Positions 57,201 to 64,000 of a stretch of DNA of 64,000 nucleotides are shown piece by piece. The translations under genes and the position numbers were made by a program. The stretch covers positions 38,688,001 to 38,752,000 of the forward strand of contig CAIIXF020000001.1 in the NCBI GenBank assembly GCA_903813345.2, written 5' to 3'. This stretch comes from Owenia fusiformis. Lineage: Eukaryota. Under the pieces are notes generated by a model. It was not told the origin of the DNA. It saw only the letters and a list, made by a program, of their open reading frames with translations, and ran no database searches. Every line of letters begins with the position of its first letter. Within the stretch, counting starts at the first letter, position 1.

Positions 57201-59637
57201 AGTATAGCCATACTATGACTGACATGACACAAATTACCCACCAGGGAATCCGTCTATATGGTTGAGTAATTTTCATCATCCTAAAGATTCCAATCAAACA
57301 AAGGTATGCCATACTCAACCTGCAAAATGGCAAATATTTCCTCCACATAAAAGCCCCGGGCAAGTTGCATTCGTTAAAATCCAAGGCCACAAAAATGCCT
57401 ATTATGCATTCTTTGAGTATGCCGCAAATGTGAACGAAAACTTGTACAAAATGAAATGTATTCTCTCGAATATGCAATCTTTTTCCTTTGTATGATAGAA
57501 ACAGCCAGTTTATTTGAATGGACATGGCTATGCAGCAAAGTGCTAAAACAGCTGCAGATGCAGTTCTATTATAATGCCTAGATCCATATTTGTCGCTGCT
57601 ATCATCAAGCATTTGCTTGCAATTGATGACTGTAACATTGTTTCCAACATTTGTGAAACCAATGTCCGTAATACCTTGTTCAGTCATTTTGTTTCCAGGC
57701 TTTAGATATTTGTCGAGGTTCCCCGGTTTAAATCCTTAAAAATAGTATTCTAAACGGAATAGAAATGATGAGATTCCTGAGAATGCACTTTTCATGCAGT
57801 ATTCCAATTTGAATGATTTGTAAGTTTTTGTTCAAATGATGCTAGCATGATTGGTAAATGAATACGTACTAAGCGAACTAGTAAGGGATTTGTTATATAT
57901 ATGGTTCTGGTACACATGTAATATATACATATATAATATGGTTCTGGTACACGTGTAATATATACATAATATGGTTCTGGTACACGTGTTATAGTTCCTC
58001 ATGCTTTCTTTCAGCTATTTAAGTTATAACCTATAAGTGCTAATTGATATTCTTGCAGATTTGAACAAAATGTTTTTTTATCATATTATCTGTAAAATGA
58101 AGCCTACTGATTGGTCAGTTCTTGTGTTGTACCAATCTGTATTGCTACTGAGATTGTCCCCGTTGATCCGTTGCAATACAGAAAATATTGGTACGGAGGG
58201 GACAATCTCAGTAGCAATACAGAGGATCATACGATAAAAACGTTAAAAACTTCGTCTCATTCCAATACAGAATTTCTCGAGCAGAATATATCCTTTTATA
58301 TTATTCAAAAGCGTTTGTTATCAATGATTCTCAGCCCTCTGAAAAATGAAAATACCTGTGTGTTAATCCTAGGGGTCCAACGATACATCATCTTCAATTT
58401 CGATACGAGCAACGATATTCACCTCATGATACGATACAAACAATACAAGCAATCTTAGTGCGTAACATATAGGATTGGGAGTTGTTTGAAGAACGAATCG
58501 GGGGAGTTTTTTCATGCATTTCGCTTATGTTTTTCATCCAAAAAACACCAATTCACTTTAAAACATTTTACTGACAATAAGATTGCACCATATAATCACA
58601 AAAATATTCTTATTTTCAAGGAATATCTATGGTTTAACACCCGGGTATTTTCATTTTTCAAACTTCCGAAGGCTTGGAATCATTGATAATCAACGCTTTT
58701 GAATAATACAAAAGCTGTTTTAAATAGGTTTCACCTATGCCAATAATTTCTCAAATTGTGTAAACCGTACACATTACCTAATCCCCAGAATTTTCTCTTT
58801 GAGGAGTTTCCCATAGAAATCCGATGGTACAGTTCCAAACAGATTTTGAGATAACAGGAAAGTAAATCTTAAATACACACCTTATTGGGTTATTTTGGTT
58901 TATATTGCAACCCAAAAAAGGTTTGTATTAAAGATTTACTTTCCTGTTATCTCAAAATCGCTTTAGCAAACCTGAGCAATTGCGAGGCCCCTAGTTAATT
59001 CATAGATAATCCTTGAAAATTAGAAATATTTTTGGGGATTGTATGGTGCAATCTTATAGCCAGTAAAATGTTTTTAAGTGTACTTATGTTTTTAGATGAA
59101 AAACATTGGCGAAATGCATGAAAAAACTCCCCTGATTCATTCTACAAACTCTTGCTTCAAATTGCCAGAGCTTAACAACTAAGTTCATTTTTTATTGAAT
59201 TTTCCCAAAAAACTCCATAGTTGGGTAATTAGCGTAAAAAAAACCTGTATGGGTAGCTAAAAGGTTGATGACGTTGATATTGCATGTTAACATGGACCTT
59301 CTTGGGGTTTGAAACATGCCACAAATAGATACTCTATTATAAACTGGACTTTTTTCCTTAACCTAACAATGCCTTTTACATTTAAAGGTGTGACAAAGAA
59401 TCTATCCACTGTTTTTCAGGCAATTGCTATGACAAAGTACGAGAAGAAACCAAGGCAATGAAAGAAAAAATGGGGCTTGACCTGGAACACAACCATCCCA
59501 GAGCAGAGGTGTTATATGTCTATGAGAATGAAGATCAATTGAAGGACAAAGCTAAACAAGACAATAAGTTTATAGTTGAAATGGAAAAGCCTAGGCCCTC
59601 ATGGTTCCCATCTAAATTGCTGACAAAGGCGAGGTGA
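51290..59637 (+). CDS. MRPL32: Mitochondrial ribosomal protein L32 (bL32m), 183 aa (188 aa with a candidate microexon)
   Basis: Exons 51290-51377, 53870-54115, 59420-59637 (phase-1 junctions). Motifs ILWAVPKGRRT..RR, zinc ligands CLECGH..ICGNCY, C-terminal RPSWF. Confidence 0.93.
51656..53300. mobile_element. 1645-bp foldback-like non-autonomous element with an 8-bp TSD (hAT- or P-type), in MRPL32 intron 1
   Basis: TIR cacggac...agtaagtttctggcgaaagctggagcatagatt. TSD gccaaacc at 51648-51655 and 53301-53308. Inner arms ~52120-52450 and ~52560-52885 are near-perfect reverse complements. Confidence 0.9.
56221..57687 (-). CDS. Divergent intronless 7TM / rhodopsin-like receptor, nested antisense in the last MRPL32 intron
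   Basis: 488-aa ORF with N-terminal NVT and NRT sequons. IGIFRMMKITQPY sits at the DRY/ICL2 position; TM4-type IVWL..ILVIIP; long hydrophilic loop; two C-terminal hydrophobic helices and a helix-8-like SRALRHEF. Confidence 0.75.
   Translation of the reverse strand: MTEQGITDIGFTNVGNNVTVINCKQMLDDSSDKYGSRHYNRTASAAVLALCCIAMSIQINWLFLSYKGKRLHIRENTFHFVQVFVHICGILKECIIGIFVALDFNECNLPGAFMWRKYLPFCRLSMAYLCLIGIFRMMKITQPYRRIPWWVICVMSVIVWLYCGILVIIPDNKDLVWVDNVADTCCFGLTVIEHSKMIFSLKKKIFTVHIQPNVNSRQNKPSMQTPVDVFQICKLHNTHGCQTESNVQADTQTHIVKFHVCKPDNTHGRQTPPNIPDDMFQICKLDNMHGHQTESNLHADAQTDIVHTSQIHIDLDELENNDTCTKELSKKEPQMQDEIISNIEVTFSSSNPKNENNVVKCHKLKKWNKNKISPSKAFSESSPGRKLRQNQQPQLSIIHPSHRKDLIWEYKLIASEVILLTVALFHMVIQITFRMNDSQLFHLLYSIFVLCLYSIMQSLTLLTSRALRHEFIKFYLRKSSREESGDIT
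57898..57990. repeat. Three tandem copies of atatggttctggtacac(a/g)tgt
   Basis: Directly visible ~210-300 bp upstream of the 7TM ORF start codon. Confidence 0.85.
58484..59150. mobile_element. Foldback MITE
   Basis: ggggagttttttcatgcatttcgc pairs with gcgaaatgcatgaaaaaactcccc; inner pair gattttgagataacaggaaagtaaatctt / aagatttactttcctgttatctcaaaatc. Confidence 0.8.
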
Positions 59638-59750
59638 TGAATTTAACTCATGAGATGAAAACAGTAAACATGGTAAAAGGACCTCCTGCCACAACAGAGG
59701 TTTTATGGATCACAATGCCATAATAATTACCTGTCATTTTGATGTGAGGC

Positions 59751-59865
59751 TAGTCTATCTATCTACAAGTCCCTGTAACCCCCCCCCCCCTCCACTACAC
59801 ACCTCCCCAGTGATGTGTGTACTCAAGTAGCGGGAAAGGGGTCACAAGGGCTTGTAGCTAGACTA
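59751..59865. repeat. Small hairpin element in the MRPL32 3' UTR
   Basis: tagtcta..ctacaagtccctgtaacccc pairs with ggggtcacaagggcttgtagctagacta. It lies upstream of AATAAA at 59935. Confidence 0.65.
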
Positions 59866-60065
59866 ATGTGACGTCTGGCATTACCTATAAAGAGATTAAT
59901 GCAAGGAAGTATTTAAAATGTCACATCAATTGAGAATAAAGTAGAAATTTACAATCATCAATTTTTACTTTTCTTAATTCAGATACAGGTTGCATCCTGC
60001 ATCTGCGAATCTTTTGGCAAAACGGGTAGCTTGTGAGGTGGTCTAAGTCATGATTTAATGCATGG

Positions 60066-61117
60066 TTTTTATCGTACCTAACAAGAGGTACGATATTGTA
60101 GTCAGCTTGACGGGCGGCGGGCGGGCGGCGTCTCACTTTTCAGCTTGTCTACAGGTTTCCAGCCAAACCATTTGAGGGATTCATCTGAAATTTTCAGGGA
60201 TGTTTCTACATATCAAAGTCAAGAACTGATTAGTTTTTGGGCATTCTGGGTAAATTTTAAGGTGGCCATTTTGGATTTTCCGTCCTAAAATCTTCACTTT
60301 CAAGACTTGTCTACAGGTTTTCAGCCAAACCATTTGAGGGATTCATCTGAAATTTTCAGGGATGTTTCTACATATCAACGTCAAGAACTGATTAGTTTTT
60401 GGGCATTCTGGGTAAATTTTAAGGTGGCCATTTTGGATTTTCCGTCCTAAAATCTTTACTTTCAAGACTTGTCTACAGGTTTCCAGCCAAACCTTTTGAG
60501 GGATTCATCTGAAATTTTCAGGGATGTTTCTACATATCAACGTCAAGAACTGATTAGTTTTTGGGCATTCTGGTTTAATTTTAAGGTGGCCATTTTGGAT
60601 TTTCTGTCCTACAATCTTCACTTTCAAGACTTGTCTACAGGTTTTCAGCCAAACCATTTGAGGGATTCATCTGAAATTTTCAGGGATGTTTCTACATATC
60701 AACGTCAAGAACTGATTGGTTTTTTTGGGCATTCTGGGTAAATTTTAAGGTGGCCATTTTGGATTTTCCGTCCTAAAATCTTCACTTTCAAGACTTGTCT
60801 ACAGGTTTCCAGCCAAACCATTTGAGGGATTCATCTGAAATTTTCAGGGATGTTTCAACATATCAACATCAAGAACTGATTAGTTTTTAGGCATTCTGGG
60901 TAAATGTTAAGGCTGCCATTTTAGATTTTCCCTCCTAAAATCTTGTCTATCGAGGCTTGTCTACAGGTTTCCAGCCAAACCGTTCAAATTTTTACATATA
61001 TTACACAGTGATAAGTTCTAGAGCTGATTAACTTTTCTGCGGCCATCTTGCTTTCTTGGTCAACTAGACCACAATGCTGTGTTTTAGGTAAGATATTGTT
61101 CACGTCTGTGCCTTGTT
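60066..61117 (+). mobile_element. HINE-like element with ~5 highly similar 162-bp internal tandem repeats
   Basis: 5' end tttttatcgtacct-aacaag-aggtacgata, a (ggcg)n microsatellite, cttgtctacaggttt at 60144, 60306, 60468, 60630, 60794 and 60956, and a 3' sub-TIR aggtaagata. Confidence 0.8.
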
Positions 61118-64000
61118 GATATGTAGTAAAAGTGATTAAGTTAATTTTAAAAGCATATCTTCCAGCATATGTATCAAGCACAAGTAATACAATAAGTGAG
61201 TTATCATTAATTGGAATGGTATTATTGTATTCCTTAGCAATGATGACAAAAAGGTAAAATCGATCATATCACATACCTTCCGAACTACGATCGATGGGAT
61301 AATTAAGTTGAACATATATGTAGTGTACATATTGTCTTTGCAAGAGCATCTGCCTTAGCCAAGGCTTGGACATAGGGCGTGCTTCTACAATTGTGTATAA
61401 GAAATATGGTGGAAATTCGCCTTTTAGAACAGATTCATGTAGTATTTCTATGTTTGAGTTCCCAACAGTCCAAGTACTCCCTAAATTCTTATTTTCCATG
61501 AAAATTTGTTACAAGTTACACTGAAAAAACACAAATACAATCAGAAAATGCCACTTATTTGATTATTATTTATTTATTCTGTTTTTATATAATACCTATC
61601 TGTACTCATTGATTCATATAACATGCCCATCTAATCCTCTGTGCAAATGTACAACATAATTTACAGCATTCTAGACAATAGATTAGTCTCATGATATTTA
61701 CAACCAAATTCTGAACTTCACAAATTCTAAAAATTAGTTCTTCAATACGCTCTGCTACAGGGCACAGTTTTCATTTGTAAGATTAAGAGTTTGTTCCATT
61801 TTGTGATAAACTTGGACACAAATTGACATCTGCCAATTTAATAAATATTCTTGTCACAAGGAATAAAATAAAATAGTTTCTATTGCAAGTACATGTACCT
61901 AGCCATTGTAACACAAGGCTTAGGTTAAATGACTCCACCCTCTCTCTGTTGGCCTCAATAGCCCATTTATGTCTAATTTTACCCTTATGATTGGTTTTGG
62001 TAAATAAATAAACCTACTTTTGGTGTCATATTGAATTCAAGTTTGACTGATTCACCATAAACTATCATGCATATATACAAATATGATGTCTTTCATTTTT
62101 TTCAAAATTACAATAACACCTATCTGAATGAAAATATGTCAATATGACAGTTTTCAGTTCAAAGATTCTGTGAAATACAGAGTTCAAGCATTGGCATTAA
62201 TTACTTGAGAACCTTTTTCACTTTCACATTATTCTAGAACTCCAAAAGTTTTTAACATGATTTTAAGCTTACATATTTGGCAATACACTGTAATTCTCAA
62301 AAGTAGGCATAATGGATGTTATGATATTCGACATGTTAATTGATAATACTGCTCTCAACAACTAACACAAAATCAAATGAAAGGGCATACAAATAGCATT
62401 TATGGTTCAAATTTAGTTTCTAAATGCTGTGCAATGATTGGCCTTAATTGTTCCATAAATAAAGTGATATGTTGCTTAAAAAACCTATGATTGAGGAAGC
62501 CTTATTCATCTTATCATTTTATATTCACAACACCATGCATGTAATCAACTTGATTAAACTGCACATGTAAATTATGCGATGTGATATTGGCAAAAACACA
62601 TCAAAATCACAAAAATGTTATATAATCACTTTTTGAATCACTTCTTAGAATGAATTTACTTAGGCCAGTTAGTTCTCAAACATTATATATCATATGATGA
62701 CACGCATCAGTCATTTACTGCACAAGTACCTATTCTCTTTACATACAAGTCTAGGTTTACTAAGCCACAAAATAAAAAAAATGATACATTTTAATTGCAT
62801 TGGTTTCAATACAGATTCTAGAAAAACTATATTCTGAGTTTCATAAATGACCTATATTATCTCAGATTTCAAAATGGTAGGCCACTATTAAATTATACAC
62901 CTCAATTCACAGAGGTTGCAAACAGTGTTTTTTTACCATCTTACAAAAATAGGTCTAACAGCATGTACTGTTAAACCTATTCTGTACCATAATGTACTGT
63001 GCCCTCATTTGTAGAAATGTATAAAACCATGATAAAATGTCCCAGAAAAACATGCATGAAACACAATAATAATATTACTGACATGATGCTCAGCAGAATA
63101 TAATACATAGGGCAGTTAATGAATACTACATGATTGGTGAAAAATGTCTAATTTTGTTAATCTCTTGAAATCAAAATAAAGTAATTTATTTCACTGATAT
63201 TTGATTCCCTAGTAGAAGCAACCAAAGATTGGATTTCAGTTTGATTTATTTGGTTGAAGGAAAACAGTCCAGCATACCCGCTGAGCACCCCGATTGTAAA
63301 ACTTTGAGCTACATCTTTATAATAGACGCAGCATAGAATTCTTAGGTAGAACATCCATTTTATACATTTTCATGAAGCATTCCCAATAATTATAAAACCA
63401 CATCTTTTTACTAAATAACAAACAATAATGCCATTGGTTATTTACATGTATGTTGCAAGTTTTGCGTAAGATCTTACCGCCCCCTCCCCCCTTTGTTTCT
63501 CCAACATACAGTTGAAAAAGTATGTTTGCAGGTGTAGGAACTAGATACAGGGCTAACTTGTGGCATTCTAATTCACATTTAACTACAATTATGATCTTTA
63601 ATTTGTCAATTCAGTCTAGAATACCACATAAAAGTTTAACTCCTGTGTGAGCTAAAATGAATGTTAAGCTATAAAAGTGCACGGTGTAAAGGCGTATCTA
63701 AGTTTCAGATATTTTATGTGGTGCTATTGACTGTATTAAGACAAATTCAATAAATATTTCCTTTCCAATGTCTCATTTCCATATTTGAGCATCCTCCTAT
63801 GTCCTATAGACTAAAAATCTATACTGCTCCAACTCAAAACTTTGAAACTCTACAGTTTGTTGACTTACTTATCAAGATGAAATTGTAAGCAAAACATATA
63901 TCACAGAATCTGCTCTATGTCTAATCACCAAATCATCATTGTATGAGTATGTCATAATTCCTAGTTTATTCTAACATTCTAGCTTAGTACAAATCTTTCA

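Noticed and set aside
61500..64000. Additional gene at the right end of the window
   Set aside because: AT-rich with no convincing coding exon; it may be the 3' UTR of a minus-strand gene outside the window, but this cannot be supported here.

Overview
AT-rich, intron-rich animal genomic DNA, most likely from a marine invertebrate of the lophotrochozoan type (inferred from repeat families and gene structure; the species cannot be identified). Exons were assembled by hand with splice phases checked. The window holds five spliced genes: a stand-alone PRDM7/9-like PR/SET gene (+, 3428-7946), SNX17 (-, 10866-21177), AK2 (+, 21559-29807), EIF2B4 (-, 34246-50225) and MRPL32 (+, 51290-59637). Two intronless genes are nested in introns: an alpha-1,2-fucosyltransferase (GT11) in EIF2B4 and a very divergent 7TM receptor in MRPL32. 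Introns are packed with non-autonomous DNA transposons (hAT-, P-, mariner-, PIF/Harbinger-, piggyBac- and HINE-like) and minisatellites. Top hypotheses: (1) a hidden alternative last exon would give AK2 the C-terminus ...KSKATSHL*, a PTS1 peroxisomal signal; (2) the PR/SET protein has a signal-peptide-like N-terminus, three N-glycosylation sequons and no zinc fingers, so it may be a secretory-pathway SET enzyme; (3) a single inversion between the two bidirectional promoters would recreate the human head-to-head SNX17/EIF2B4 pair.
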